From a virus (Duplodnaviria; Caudoviricetes), in the IMG/VR virus record IMGVR_UViG_3300037067_013660, positions 96,001 through 160,000 of that record: a DNA stretch of 64,000 nucleotides; one strand, 5' to 3'. Numbering within the stretch: position 1 is the first letter of the stretch; each line of letters begins with the position of its first letter. The notes beneath the pieces were generated by a model. It had not been told where the DNA came from. It searched no databases and saw only the letters and a program-made list of their open reading frames with translations. A program made the translations under genes and the position numbers. Positions 1 to 10,345 of the stretch are shown here, piece after piece.

Positions 1-1071
1 GTAGTACCACGAGTTCGACATTTGGTTTGCCCGCTCCATGAAGATGATGCCAGGCTCACCCGCTTCCCACGCGTGCTGGATGATGCGGTTCCACAAATCC
101 CTGGCTTTGATGGTCCGGTATACTACGATGGGTTTTTTCAATTCGTCGCGCCACTGCCAGATGTTGCCGTTCCACTGGTCGTCGTAACCGGGAGCGTCGG
201 TGTCGGGGAATACGAGATCCCAGTCAGCGTTTTGCTGCACCGCCCGCATGAAATCTTCGGTCAGCAGGATGCTGACGTTGGCGTTGCACAGCAAATTCTT
301 GTTCATGCTGAAGGTTTTGCCGTCGGGTAACGGGATTTCTTCCCGCAGCGACTTGACGTCTACCAATTCCAATACGTCTGGGTGCCAGCACCACTGACAG
401 AGCATCGCGGCGCCGCGCCGGCTTCCACCTTGTTCTACCGCGCCGGTGATTTGGCTAAACTGTTCCGCCCACGAGACGCTACCACTGGACCTGCCGTTGA
501 CCTTGCGGACGACCGTGCCTTTGGGCCGTAGTACTGATAGCGGCGTACCGACGCCCCCGCCCCGCGAGTACGTTTCGAACAACCGCCCCCAGTGTTCCGT
601 GATACCGCGACGACTGTCTTGCGTGATGTTGAAGACGTAGCAGTTGAACAGCGTGAGGTCGTAGCCGGGGCGTCCTAACCCCGAGAGGATCCGGCCAGCC
701 GGTACGAACCGTTCCGCCACCATCGCGGTCTCCACGGCTTCGGCGAATTTCTTGCGGTCCTTTTTCTTCTCCACGGTACTGATGGCCGTGGCGACGCGGC
801 GGCAAATGTCTGGGTAGGTTTTTTCCGTCACGTAGTCCAAACGGCTACGGGGGATCTTTGGTTCCGTGGTGCCGTCGGTATCGAGCTTGACGTCGTAGGT
901 GCCGTCAGGATTTACGCCCTGGATCCATCCGATCTCCCGTGACTCCACGGGGCGGCCGGTGCGATCGAACTTACGCTGTAACGACGCCACCACCATGTCG
1001 TTGATTTGGAGCTGGGCGTCGGGGTTCTTAACGGCATAACGGTCAAGACGGACACGATCTCGATACTCCAT
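1..1071 (-). CDS. nrdJ: Class II (B12-dependent) ribonucleotide reductase, N-terminal part; runs off the window edge
   Basis: Manual translation (absent from the ORF track): MEYRDRVRLDRYA...FVPAGRIL...LTLFNCYV...RGGGVG...VEQGGSRRGAAM...HPDV...NANVSILLTEDFMRAV...AWKRGEPGIIFMERAN, typical NrdJ motifs. Confidence 0.88.
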   Translation of the reverse strand, partial: MEYRDRVRLDRYAVKNPDAQLQINDMVVASLQRKFDRTGRPVESREIGWIQGVNPDGTYDVKLDTDGTTEPKIPRSRLDYVTEKTYPDICRRVATAISTVEKKKDRKKFAEAVETAMVAERFVPAGRILSGLGRPGYDLTLFNCYVFNITQDSRRGITEHWGRLFETYSRGGGVGTPLSVLRPKGTVVRKVNGRSSGSVSWAEQFSQITGAVEQGGSRRGAAMLCQWCWHPDVLELVDVKSLREEIPLPDGKTFSMNKNLLCNANVSILLTEDFMRAVQQNADWDLVFPDTDAPGYDDQWNGNIWQWRDELKKPIVVYRTIKARDLWNRIIQHAWEAGEPGIIFMERANQMSNSWYY

Positions 1072-1179
1072 GGGGAGGTCCTCGGGCGCGCCTACGGCAC
1101 GAGTTTTAGATTTTGCTACGGCGACGGAACTGTTCCGCCATTGGTTTGACAACCGAAAATTGGCTAGGAAAACAAATCG

Positions 1180-1371
1180 TTATGACGTGGATGTAGGCGG
1201 GGCGAGGGCCTGGCGAGCACCGCAGACCTTGCACTGGAGCATCGGCTGTGGCGCGACGTCCGGGGTGCTGACGCGGTAGGTAACGGGTTGTGTTTCACCA
1301 CCGCATTTTTCGCAGCGGGGCTTATTGGGATCCGTGGTGAATGATCTCCGGTCTTCCATCTTAGCCCTCAC
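1180..1371 (-). CDS. Small zinc-ribbon protein
   Basis: CEKC...CKVC; overlaps the upstream gene in an operon. Confidence 0.6.
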   Translation of the reverse strand: MRAKMEDRRSFTTDPNKPRCEKCGGETQPVTYRVSTPDVAPQPMLQCKVCGARQALAPPTSTS

Positions 1372-1822
1372 GTTTCATCTTGAGCATGAGTTTCAATTGA
1401 GCGATCGGTACGATGACTTCCATGGGACCAACGTGACCATCGACGCTACAGAGTGCCTGCAGTACCGCGACGTCGTCGCGCCGCAGCATGTCGTCGACCT
1501 CGACGATCTCGACCTGCTGCGGCACCTTGCCCGTCGCCTCGATGGTGGCGACGCGTTTGTGTGCTGCCGTGGCTTCGACGCGGGCGTCGTCCAGGAGCTT
1601 GCGCGTAGCCGCCAATTCTGCTGATTTGATCTTCAGTGCGGACTCTGCCTGTGCCGCCTTGCCGTTCGCAACGTCGACCTGTCGGTTGAGCTGCGCCACT
1701 TCTTCCGTGACGAACTCGGTTTCCTTCGTCGCGGGAACCAACAGGCCGTTCTTGATGACCTTCGGAGCCGCAACTACACGCGGTACATTTCGGTGATTGA
1801 TCAGGATGGGAGGTTTCGGCAT
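1361..1822 (-). CDS. Hypothetical coiled-coil protein
   Basis: 153-aa ORF tightly packed in the operon. Confidence 0.65.
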   Translation of the reverse strand: MPKPPILINHRNVPRVVAAPKVIKNGLLVPATKETEFVTEEVAQLNRQVDVANGKAAQAESALKIKSAELAATRKLLDDARVEATAAHKRVATIEATGKVPQQVEIVEVDDMLRRDDVAVLQALCSVDGHVGPMEVIVPIAQLKLMLKMKREG

Positions 1823-1831
1823 GGTGACGTC

Positions 1832-2302
1832 CTACAGGCGCGACATGACGTAGCGTATGACGTTGGCGGCGTCGGCTTCGTGTTCGGTCTTGAGGTGACG
1901 GAGGTCCGGACAGGTCTGCATGTTCAACTTGCCTTTGACCTGCTCGGCGCCATGGTGGTCGCCCGCCCATTTCTTGTGCGTCGCGGCCAAGACCAAGTGG
2001 ACGGGAATTTTCTTGCGACTACACAGTCCGCACACGACCCCGATCATAATGTTGACGAGTTCCATGTTGCCGACGAAGCCGGTGCCTCGGCGCAACTGGT
2101 AGCGTTCGATCCCCACGACGTCCGGGCTGAACCATTTTATGATGCGGGCGACTTGCGAGGTAAATTCGGGTAGGCGAACGACATCATCGATGCCTTCAAT
2201 GACGTCGGTTTCTTCTACGTGGTCGTGGTGCCACACCGCGTAGGCACAGTTGACTTTGCCTGGGTCAAAACCAAGACCACGAAGTTGTTGCGTGCGGCCC
2301 AT
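1832..2302 (-). CDS. ruvC: RuvC-like Holliday junction resolvase
   Basis: LGFDPGKVNCAYAV, VVGIERY and EHEADAA carry the RuvC catalytic acids; start moved to MGRTQQ at 2302. Confidence 0.8.
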   Translation of the reverse strand: MGRTQQLRGLGFDPGKVNCAYAVWHHDHVEETDVIEGIDDVVRLPEFTSQVARIIKWFSPDVVGIERYQLRRGTGFVGNMELVNIMIGVVCGLCSRKKIPVHLVLAATHKKWAGDHHGAEQVKGKLNMQTCPDLRHLKTEHEADAANVIRYVMSRL

Positions 2303-2318
2303 GCGGGTTGTTTGACAA

Positions 2319-2807
2319 CTACCGCTTCGGGCGCTTGGAAGTTTTCTTGTCGACCTTTTTGTCTTCCTTGGGCTTGTCCGCTTGGGGTTTGACGGCAGGC
2401 GGGGGCGCCAGATCAAACAGGTCCGCAGGCTTCTCTTCCTTCGCCTTTTTCAACTCAATGACGGCCGCTTCCTTGACCTGGGGCTTTGCCTCGGCCTTGG
2501 GCTTTTCCACCACCTTGGCTTTCGCGGCCTCGGCCTCCAGTACCACGAGCAGACGTTTCGTGTTGGCCAACTCGATCGACAACGCATCCTTCGCTTGCTT
2601 CAGTTGGATATTTTCCTCAACCAAGCGTGACAAGTGGGTCTGTGCCCTTCCCATGTTGCTTTCGAGCGACGTGATCTTTGCCGCAGCGTCATCCAGTTTA
2701 GCTTGAAGTGGATTTCGTGGCGGCGGCTGTAGAGGAACTACTGGTATGTTGCCAGGTGCCGTAGCCGTTACGACGCCGCGACGATTAAGTGTGATGTTCT
2801 TTCCCAT
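2319..2807 (-). CDS. Hypothetical coiled-coil, Lys/Pro-rich protein
   Basis: ORF with SD AAGGAG before ATG at 2807. Confidence 0.65.
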   Translation of the reverse strand: MGKNITLNRRGVVTATAPGNIPVVPLQPPPRNPLQAKLDDAAAKITSLESNMGRAQTHLSRLVEENIQLKQAKDALSIELANTKRLLVVLEAEAAKAKVVEKPKAEAKPQVKEAAVIELKKAKEEKPADLFDLAPPPAVKPQADKPKEDKKVDKKTSKRPKR

Positions 2808-2818
2808 GATGCTTCTCC

Positions 2819-3481
2819 TTAGTACGCCGCAATGGTGCTGGCCGCTACTTCGGCCGTTCCCACCACCCACAGTTTATGGCCAGCGTACGCTCTATGTAGT
2901 TCTTGTAGTGCCTCGACGGCGGTTGGTAGGTCAATCGCTACTACCGGCGCCAACACGTTTACGATGTCTACGTTGGGGTGTGCTGCACCGTCTGCGATGT
3001 GTGCAGGATACGTTATCTGAGCCGCTGCGAGCCATACCAACAACGTAGCTAAGTCGGTTGGTACTGCGGCTGCGATTACGGCGCCTGCGGCAGCATTATG
3101 CACAGCTAAACTAAATATATGGGCGTTGATAGCAGTATTGAGTGAGTCTGCGACTTGCATTGCGTGTTCTAGTGCGAGCCCTTGGGCTGCAGGCAGCAGA
3201 TAATCATACGGGTAGTCGCAAACATTTCCCTTGTCTTGGTACAGGTGCGACGCGTTCAGGTCGTACACCCGGATGATGCCGTGCATCATGTACTCGGCGA
3301 TGTTTTGCTTTACCGACTCGTGCCAATCAATTACGTACTGCTTTGGGACTTCGATGTGGGCACCGGGCACCAGCGTGAAGTACATGGGGTAACCGGACGA
3401 CCCACTGAACTTCGTATTGATCACCACCTTGCGTTCGTTGGTGGTGCCGCGCGTGACGTTGCGAAACTGTAGCATGGTCAA
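2819..3481 (-). CDS. Putative virion protein with His-containing helical repeats
   Basis: 220 aa; C-terminal repeats resemble the insertion in the tail sheath; in the late-motif transcription unit. Confidence 0.65.
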   Translation of the reverse strand: MTMLQFRNVTRGTTNERKVVINTKFSGSSGYPMYFTLVPGAHIEVPKQYVIDWHESVKQNIAEYMMHGIIRVYDLNASHLYQDKGNVCDYPYDYLLPAAQGLALEHAMQVADSLNTAINAHIFSLAVHNAAAGAVIAAAVPTDLATLLVWLAAAQITYPAHIADGAAHPNVDIVNVLAPVVAIDLPTAVEALQELHRAYAGHKLWVVGTAEVAASTIAAY

Positions 3482-3484
3482 CTC

Positions 3485-4420
3485 CTAGAGAGGAAATAGA
3501 ACTTGACTTTCGTACGGGTGGATCAGCCGAGTATCCAGGTCCCACGCAACCAGCAAGTCCTCTGGAGCAAATTCGTTGACGGTGTTGATTTTCCACCGCG
3601 TGTTTTCGTTGACGTGCGCGACCCAGTCTTCCGTCGTGATGGAACGCAACGTGTTGTCGAGCCAGAAGTGCTGTGCCTCCCAGTTGTCCGTGACGCCGAA
3701 TTCTTGCAGCATGTTGGACTTGGCGGTTCTGGGAATATTGGCACGGATGGTACGGTCGACCAACTGGTTGTAGCGAATGAACAGTAGGCCAAAGCGCGGT
3801 GACGTCGCGATGGGCGACGATCGGGAAAAGTCAACGCGGAAATCGATCCACGGGTTGAACAGCCGTTGCGTTATGGCGGCGCTGGAGAACGGCACCCACT
3901 CGGTGTCGCCCGGTGCTTTGACGTACGGTGTGATGGCACTGCCGGGTGGGATCTCCGTCATGGCGAAGACGTGGTCCAGCTCCCCGACGTTCGTGCGGAT
4001 CGGCATGCGCGCCACAACGTAGCCGTCGGTAGCACCAGGGATCAAGACGAAGTGTCGCGGGCGGGTTCTGCGCGTGTAGTCCGCGATGACGTTGTAGCTG
4101 CGGATCGACGGGTGCGTGACGTCGAAGACTTCGGTGTAGGTGCCGTATTTGTCGTAGCCGCCGACGAAGCCGGTGCCGTAGCACGAGCGGCACATCGACG
4201 CAGGCGACGCCTCGATGTCGAAACAGCTACACCTTCGACCACCCCGTATCTTCGCGTAGAAGAACATGGGGATCGAAATGGTTTCGAGCGCGATTTGATT
4301 CTCGACGGCCAACCGGGGTATCAGTTGCTGCACCGCGATGTTGTGGGCGTGGGGCCGCAACACCTCGTGACCAACGGAAACGCGGTCGTCCCGTTTCGGG
4401 CGATAGAATCTCGATCCCAA
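3485..4420 (-). CDS. Neck / head-closure protein
   Basis: RCSC...CRSCYGTGFVGGY motif typical of large-myovirus neck proteins; preceded by the late motif. Confidence 0.6.
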   Translation of the reverse strand: MGSRFYRPKRDDRVSVGHEVLRPHAHNIAVQQLIPRLAVENQIALETISIPMFFYAKIRGGRRCSCFDIEASPASMCRSCYGTGFVGGYDKYGTYTEVFDVTHPSIRSYNVIADYTRRTRPRHFVLIPGATDGYVVARMPIRTNVGELDHVFAMTEIPPGSAITPYVKAPGDTEWVPFSSAAITQRLFNPWIDFRVDFSRSSPIATSPRFGLLFIRYNQLVDRTIRANIPRTAKSNMLQEFGVTDNWEAQHFWLDNTLRSITTEDWVAHVNENTRWKINTVNEFAPEDLLVAWDLDTRLIHPYESQVLFPL

Positions 4421-4437
4421 GGCACACTACTCCTCCT

Positions 4438-4487
4438 TAAAGATTAACGCTTTTTCTGAAATTACAGATCCGAGGGGTTAATCTTTA
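4438..4487. promoter_or_regulatory. Divergent pair of putative late promoters (GTTAATCTTTA)
   Basis: Motif at 4438-4448 (-) and 4477-4487 (+), each pointing into a structural gene. Confidence 0.7.
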
Positions 4488-4529
4488 GTATGGGGTTGAC
4501 TTCGTGTCGCCCCTTCCCGAGAGGCAAAT

Positions 4530-5705
4530 ATGGCAAATCTAGTCCGTGGTACCCAAACCAACTTTTCCGCCGATTTCTTTGATTTCGACGGCGCCCCGAT
4601 GCTACCGGCCGACGCGGAGAACTGGCCCCAAGTGGTGATCCGCGACGGCGCCAACACCGTCATCACGACGGGCGTGGGCCGCATAGTGGCGGCGGGTCAG
4701 TATCAGTTTCCGTGGTTCGTGCCCGTGGCCGCGACGCTCAGCACCGAGGACGCGCCCTGGACCGTCAACTGGACGTTCGTGACGAGCGAGGGCCACACCA
4801 GATCCTACGCCGAATCGTTCGCCGTGGTGGACCGGATTGAATCGACGCCCGACGAACGACAGCAGACCTACATCACGAACGCGGGCGGTACGATCCGCGC
4901 GTTACTCCGTTGGCCCACGCAACTACAGGCCGTCAAGTTGGAGGTCAGGAACTATTCGTCGAGCGGCACGCTGTTGGTGGTGGACGGCGTCGCGACCAAC
5001 GACCTGGAGGCGAGCGCCTGCAACACACAGCGGAAAATCAATCAGGTGGCACAGGACGGCGAGTACGTCTACTACTACGACGTCGGTCCCCTGAGCGTCG
5101 GGGAATATCAGTTCCACTGGATCGTGCAGGAGACGACCGTCTCGCCCATCGACGTCCACGTACAGATTGGGCGTGCCGTATCGAATCTCTTCTGGCACTA
5201 CAACGTGGAACTCAGGACCCTGATCGACAAGCTACAGAAGCACGTCGGTACCGTCCAAGCCTACAGCGATTCCGACATCTACAGCTATATTCTGGGCGGC
5301 CTCGACATGCTGAACTTTACGCCGCCATCCACCAACTGGCTGCTGGCCGATATTCCATTGCAGGGTTCCCGTGGCGTCAGGACCGCGTTGATCTACTGTT
5401 CCGCGATCTATGGGCTGAACGCGCAACAGATCCTTGAGATTGAATTGTCGTTCGACCACGCGGGCCAGACCGTCACGTTGAACTACAACCACGACTACTC
5501 CGGGCCTCTGGGCAACCTGCTGTCCTACTTGGAAAAGTTTACCGAGGCCAAGAAATCGATCTTCCGACTGGCCCAGGGCGTCGCGTTCTCGGGCGGTCGA
5601 GTCAAGAATTATCGTTGGACCAATCGAGTGTTTCGGTTGGACCAGGCGCTGCGTAACGTCTCGCCCCCAGGCGGCGCCGCGCTATGGCAAAATCTGGGGC
5701 TATGA
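4530..5705 (+). CDS. Neck / head-tail adaptor protein with N-terminal beta-rich domains
   Basis: C-terminal YSDSDIYSYILGGLDMLNFTPP segment resembles large-phage adaptor proteins. Confidence 0.6.
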   Translation: MANLVRGTQTNFSADFFDFDGAPMLPADAENWPQVVIRDGANTVITTGVGRIVAAGQYQFPWFVPVAATLSTEDAPWTVNWTFVTSEGHTRSYAESFAVVDRIESTPDERQQTYITNAGGTIRALLRWPTQLQAVKLEVRNYSSSGTLLVVDGVATNDLEASACNTQRKINQVAQDGEYVYYYDVGPLSVGEYQFHWIVQETTVSPIDVHVQIGRAVSNLFWHYNVELRTLIDKLQKHVGTVQAYSDSDIYSYILGGLDMLNFTPPSTNWLLADIPLQGSRGVRTALIYCSAIYGLNAQQILEIELSFDHAGQTVTLNYNHDYSGPLGNLLSYLEKFTEAKKSIFRLAQGVAFSGGRVKNYRWTNRVFRLDQALRNVSPPGGAALWQNLGL

Positions 5706-5722
5706 CGAGAGGAAGACGGTAA

Positions 5723-6472
5723 ATGCTGAACCTTCGTGATCTAATTCGAGACAACAAGCCGATCTACGTGAAGAACTGTACGGGCAAGTTCCTGGAGAAG
5801 CAGGCGGACCACATCCTAGAGATCCGCCACGAGGGCAAGAAGTCCCAGCAGGTCATCATCCCGGCGACCAAGTTCCCGTTCCACCTGTCCGCCCGAGTGC
5901 CGGCCACTGCGTTGGCCTCGTGCTCGGAACTGTTCGACGCCATCAACCGAGGGATCCTAGAGCTAGTGGATCCCGATGATGCCAAGAACATCATGAAGGA
6001 CCCGCTGGCCCAAAAGGCCGAAGCCCACGCACTTCGTCGTTTCCAGCCAGTGAAGCGTGAGTCTGTGGTGCCACCGGAACTCAAGAAGTTCGGCCACACG
6101 CCCGAGGGTGTTGACAAGGGCATTTCGGAAGTGCCGCCCGACGACGTTAGTTTCCCGCTGCGCGTCGCCGATACCGAAGAGGACGATGTCAAGCCGGCGG
6201 TCGTGCAGATCCTCAAGGACATCAAGACGGATCCGGCGCTGCGCGACGAGAAGTACCTGGAGCTGGTGGCGTTGCCGGATCTGACGGAAGATGACTATGG
6301 GTACGTCCTGGTGAACTGTGACGTCGCGAAGATCAAGCAGTGGGCGCGTGACGAAATGGTCAAGCTGGTTGGAGAGGACCGTGTCGATGAGTTGGAGGCC
6401 GAGCAGGCGGAAGCCGAGGCCACCGGCACCCAGTTGGTGCGGCGGAAGAAGCACCGTCGTCAGCGTCGTTAG
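5723..6472 (+). CDS. Hypothetical protein in the virion module
   Basis: 249-aa ORF with SD. Confidence 0.7.
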   Translation: MLNLRDLIRDNKPIYVKNCTGKFLEKQADHILEIRHEGKKSQQVIIPATKFPFHLSARVPATALASCSELFDAINRGILELVDPDDAKNIMKDPLAQKAEAHALRRFQPVKRESVVPPELKKFGHTPEGVDKGISEVPPDDVSFPLRVADTEEDDVKPAVVQILKDIKTDPALRDEKYLELVALPDLTEDDYGYVLVNCDVAKIKQWARDEMVKLVGEDRVDELEAEQAEAEATGTQLVRRKKHRRQRR

Positions 6473-6525
6473 TTTTGCGCTGGGCCGTTACGTTTTGGCG
6501 TAACGGCCCCAGCGGGGAGATCCTG

Positions 6526-7506
6526 ATGCCGAAAGTCTCCAACATATTTAGCAGCTCGCTAGAGGCGATGGACAACCCATACGCCCCCGCACCACAGTCT
6601 CGTTTGATCGATCAAATACAGGCACGTGCCAAGGCCAGGATCGCGGAAGCCGGCGAGCGTCAAATACATCAACGCGACGCCATGCATCCACGCGACGCCA
6701 TGATCGTGACGACGACGCATTGGGAGCACCAAGGCAAGTTCATCACGTTGTGGGCCAACCCGTCCGATATGCAGTGGAGCTTGCCGCGACGCGGCACAGC
6801 CGTCAAGACGATGGGCGGGACGGTACGGAACGTGTGGCGGAACCGTTACAAGGGCACGTACTACGACGAGGGCACCGTCAACATCACGTTTCAGTCGGGC
6901 AACATTATGCCGGGCGCCGCCTACACGAACGCGGAGATCCGAGACGTCGACACCGCGATAAATGCTCGTAACAATCCACGTCCGCCGCACGGACTACAGA
7001 ACTTCTACGATTTTCTTGCCATGTTGAACGACCCCATGCTGTTGGGTGCGGGCGAGAATTTCCACCATATTTTCTGTCGTACTCGTGTGTTTCCCGACCT
7101 GCACCTCGAAGGTTATTTCCAAGAGGACACCCTTACGATGGGCGAGCGATCGAGCGAAGGCAACTCGATCACGTGGTCCGCGACATTCCAGATCTATAAG
7201 TCGACGCCAAAGCTCTGGAGTTCCGTCGGCCTGACGGCAGCGTACGAAGGCGTACACAAGCAAAACGCCGAAGAGACCATCGGTGCCCAGTGGATCAAGA
7301 ACATCGAGGACAAACAAATGTCCGACGCGTTCGCCGCTGGAATTCCCGCCATTAAGCCCAAGACCATCACGTCCTCCCCTACCAACAACAAGATCATCAG
7401 CGATGCGGCCAAGAACCTGAAGGTACAGACGGGACAAACTGACGCGAACGCGGGTCCGATCCTCAAAAATCCTATGCTGCGCGAAGTAATGGGACAGAAC
7501 GGCTAG
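6526..7506 (+). CDS. Putative baseplate hub / tail-tube initiator-like protein
   Basis: LWANPSDMQWS...AVKTMGG...GTVNITFQSG pattern; SD GGGGAG before ATG at 6526. Confidence 0.5.
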   Translation: MPKVSNIFSSSLEAMDNPYAPAPQSRLIDQIQARAKARIAEAGERQIHQRDAMHPRDAMIVTTTHWEHQGKFITLWANPSDMQWSLPRRGTAVKTMGGTVRNVWRNRYKGTYYDEGTVNITFQSGNIMPGAAYTNAEIRDVDTAINARNNPRPPHGLQNFYDFLAMLNDPMLLGAGENFHHIFCRTRVFPDLHLEGYFQEDTLTMGERSSEGNSITWSATFQIYKSTPKLWSSVGLTAAYEGVHKQNAEETIGAQWIKNIEDKQMSDAFAAGIPAIKPKTITSSPTNNKIISDAAKNLKVQTGQTDANAGPILKNPMLREVMGQNG

Positions 7507-8411
7507 AACGCGAACCGCATCGCCGTCTTGGCGCCCAGGAGGTCGGCGGACTGGTCGTTCTGTGATGGGCGGGGTGTGCGCGTCAGGGCAAAGCGGGCGA
7601 GTCGTATGGGCGTGTCGTTGATGCGCTGCTTTGTCTCCTCGATCTGATCGATGGCCGTGCGCTTGGCGTCGGCCAGTTTCTTGAGCTTCAGGGTCCTGAG
7701 CCGAATCGACGTCGTGAGCCTCTCGGCCGACAGTTTACGCAGCTCGTCTTCTACGTCCCGCTCTGGTCCCAGAACTTCCGCGATCTTCGTTTCGATCTTC
7801 GTCAGATCCTTTTCCGCCTTGTTGATGGACCGCGCCTTCTGCCTCGCTTCCTTCACGGCCTCGTCCACCAGAAATCCCACGCGCTCGGGCAGAATTTCGG
7901 TGAAGCCCTGCATTCTCTGCACGACCTCTCGGATGCTCTTGGGGTCAAGGTCGCGGTACGCCTTTTCCAGTGCCGCGAGTCCTTCACGGAGGTCGTCGAG
8001 CACAGTTTCGAGCGCCTGGATGTTGTCGCCCTTGATCTCGAAAACCAGCAGTGTGAAGCCGATGCGTGTGTGCTTGCTGTCGGCGTTGAACTCGTCGATC
8101 TGCCGTTTCCACTCGTCACGGAACAGCGCGACCTCTTCCTTGCGGTCCACCGACGCCACGATCCCGACGGGCGTGTGGCGCCCGAGCTTGCTGGCCGCGT
8201 ACTTGCACGAGGACTGAAGCTTGGTGGCGGCCTGGTACTCCGTTTCGTCGTCCAGCACCTTCTTGGTCGTCCACGTGGCCTTGAGGGTGCCGTTGGTGCG
8301 GTCCTCTTGAATGTCCTCTCGCGTGTAGGACTGGCCGCCTGTGCGCGACACGTCCAGCGCGACCAGCAGGCAGGGCCGGAGATCCTGTACTGTGATGGGT
8401 TGCGTCGTCAT
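7503..8411 (-). CDS. Helical partner of the AAA ATPase (possibly DUF3150-like)
   Basis: 302 aa, directly downstream of the Ycf46-like ATPase. Confidence 0.55.
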   Translation of the reverse strand: MTTQPITVQDLRPCLLVALDVSRTGGQSYTREDIQEDRTNGTLKATWTTKKVLDDETEYQAATKLQSSCKYAASKLGRHTPVGIVASVDRKEEVALFRDEWKRQIDEFNADSKHTRIGFTLLVFEIKGDNIQALETVLDDLREGLAALEKAYRDLDPKSIREVVQRMQGFTEILPERVGFLVDEAVKEARQKARSINKAEKDLTKIETKIAEVLGPERDVEDELRKLSAERLTTSIRLRTLKLKKLADAKRTAIDQIEETKQRINDTPIRLARFALTRTPRPSQNDQSADLLGAKTAMRFAF

Positions 8412-8423
8412 GGTGGTGCTCCT

Positions 8424-9989
8424 TTACTTTCGGCCGATTCGGCGAACCCGCTGACTCAGCGGTGTAGGGGTGGCGGTTGTGGTGTTGTCTGCGTTGGCCT
8501 TGATGGCGGCGTCGCGCCACTTCGTCAGACCCTCGGACATCGCGAACGTGTCGTTCACTTTCGTGACGTTTTTCAGTTCGTCGGTGACGTCCTTGGTCGT
8601 CATGTCGCGCTCTTCCAGCATGGCGGTGAGTGCCGCTTCCTCGAAGCACGCCTCGATCTCGGCACCCGTGCAGTTCTCAGACGCCGCCACGATGGCGTTG
8701 GTATCGACGTTCCCAGCTTTGGGGTAGCGGGTACGAAACACTTCCGCGATGCTCTGACGCTCCGCTGTCGTCGGGATGTCGAACCACATGGTAGCGTCGA
8801 AGCGACCGGCCCGCGTGAACTCGGGCGGCAGTAGGTCCATCCGGTTGCCCGCCAAATATACGAAGACCTGAGCGGTCTTTTCCTGCATCCAGGTCAGGAA
8901 GGAGCCGAACACGCGTTCGCCCGTGCCGCCGTCGGTCGCGCCACCTGCGCCAACTCCTGAAAATGCCTTTTCCACTTCGTCCACCCACAAAATGCACGGA
9001 GCGATGGCCTCAGCGACCAAAATTGCTGAAGTAAAACTCTGATCGCTCTGGCCCTGGTACATGCCTCTGGTGGCCCCGACGTCGAGGCGCAGCAGTACCA
9101 TGCCCCACTCGCTCGCCAGCGCCTTCGCGAACGCCGACTTCGCACAGCCGGGTTTTCCGCCCGCCACCAAGCCCTTGGGAGGACGAACGCCGTAGCGGGC
9201 ACGACGCTCCTCGTCGAATGCCACGACCCGCTTCCTCGCCCACGCTTTCACGGGCTCCAGTCCGCCCAGTGCGTCGAAGCCTCGGGGGTCGGGGTCGATC
9301 CACGTGATGCCCTGGGCACTCACCAGTTCTTTTTTGAATGACCTGATGACGTCGGCGTCCACGCGGTTGGTCCGCGACACCGACTCACTGATGGCGTTGG
9401 ACGCCTGGTAGGCCGGGAGACCCGCCAGAGCGTTGAGGAGCTTTTCTCGGTCGTGACTCGCCTGCGTCGTGGTGGCCGGCAACGTCTCCAGGATGGCGTC
9501 CAAGATGGCGCCCATCTCTTTGCGGTCCGGCAGTTCTAACGCCAACTTTTGCATCGACACCGGAAGCTCCGGGTCGGCTTGGTCACAGATGATCAACTGC
9601 ACGACCGCTCCGTCACCCTCGATCATCTGCTGGCCGAGCGTAATGTCCTTTAGCAACCGTGCGATCATCGGGAGGCTAGGCAAGCGGTTCGCCATCGTGA
9701 AGAAGTCGAACGCCAGGATCAAAGAAGGACCCGCGTCCCATTCTTTGATCTTGAGCAGGAGCTTTTGCGGGTCCATGATACCGGCCAGCTCCTTGACCTG
9801 CAGGTCGTTGTATTCGCAGCCCGCGATGGGCTGGATACCCTCGCTGTAGGTCCAGCGCAGGAAATTGTATCCCGCGTTGGACGCGACCTGCTGGCACTTC
9901 GTTTCCAACCGAACCTCGTCGTCCTCGCGGACGTGGATCACGCCCGAGGACGCCGACATCTTGGCCTGGAGTTCTTGGATAAACATCAT
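8424..9989 (-). CDS. Ycf46-like AAA+ ATPase
   Basis: Walker A GKPGCAKS, Walker B LWVDEVEK, SRH LPPEFTRAGRFD, FLTWMQEK, plus a degenerate N-terminal AAA domain. Confidence 0.9.
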   Translation of the reverse strand: MMFIQELQAKMSASSGVIHVREDDEVRLETKCQQVASNAGYNFLRWTYSEGIQPIAGCEYNDLQVKELAGIMDPQKLLLKIKEWDAGPSLILAFDFFTMANRLPSLPMIARLLKDITLGQQMIEGDGAVVQLIICDQADPELPVSMQKLALELPDRKEMGAILDAILETLPATTTQASHDREKLLNALAGLPAYQASNAISESVSRTNRVDADVIRSFKKELVSAQGITWIDPDPRGFDALGGLEPVKAWARKRVVAFDEERRARYGVRPPKGLVAGGKPGCAKSAFAKALASEWGMVLLRLDVGATRGMYQGQSDQSFTSAILVAEAIAPCILWVDEVEKAFSGVGAGGATDGGTGERVFGSFLTWMQEKTAQVFVYLAGNRMDLLPPEFTRAGRFDATMWFDIPTTAERQSIAEVFRTRYPKAGNVDTNAIVAASENCTGAEIEACFEEAALTAMLEERDMTTKDVTDELKNVTKVNDTFAMSEGLTKWRDAAIKANADNTTTATPTPLSQRVRRIGRK

Positions 9990-9995
9990 GTCCTC

Positions 9996-10313
9996 CTAAT
10001 GCTTGTGCCCGTGAGCGTGGGCATGCTGGTGGGCGACGGTAAAATTTCGCTCCTGCACGCCCGCGTGAGCGGCAGCGAGTTGAAACTCCAGGGAACCACG
10101 TTGCGCCAGGGCATCGAGGACACACAGGTCACCCATGCCCTTGGGCGTGACGGAACCGCCGACGATGCGGGCGACACCCGTGATGGGATCCACTTCGATG
10201 CTGGCGGTCCCCATGCCCAACTCCTGCTCCAGCCGCGTCAGATCATCGTTGCGCTGCTGGTTCAGGATATCCTCTGGGGAGGGCTGCCGGACATAGACAT
10301 AATCACAGGCCAT
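9996..10313 (-). CDS. Small protein with His-rich C-terminus; first gene of the AAA operon
   Basis: MACDYVY...HQHAHAHGHKH, downstream of a sigma70-type promoter. Confidence 0.6.
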   Translation of the reverse strand: MACDYVYVRQPSPEDILNQQRNDDLTRLEQELGMGTASIEVDPITGVARIVGGSVTPKGMGDLCVLDALAQRGSLEFQLAAAHAGVQERNFTVAHQHAHAHGHKH

Positions 10314-10345
10314 TGGTTTTGCTTTCGTGGCTGTTTGTAATTCCG

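Noticed and set aside
22-805. ORF-track entries at the window start
   Set aside because: Shadows of the nrdJ frame, which is missing from the track because it runs off the edge.
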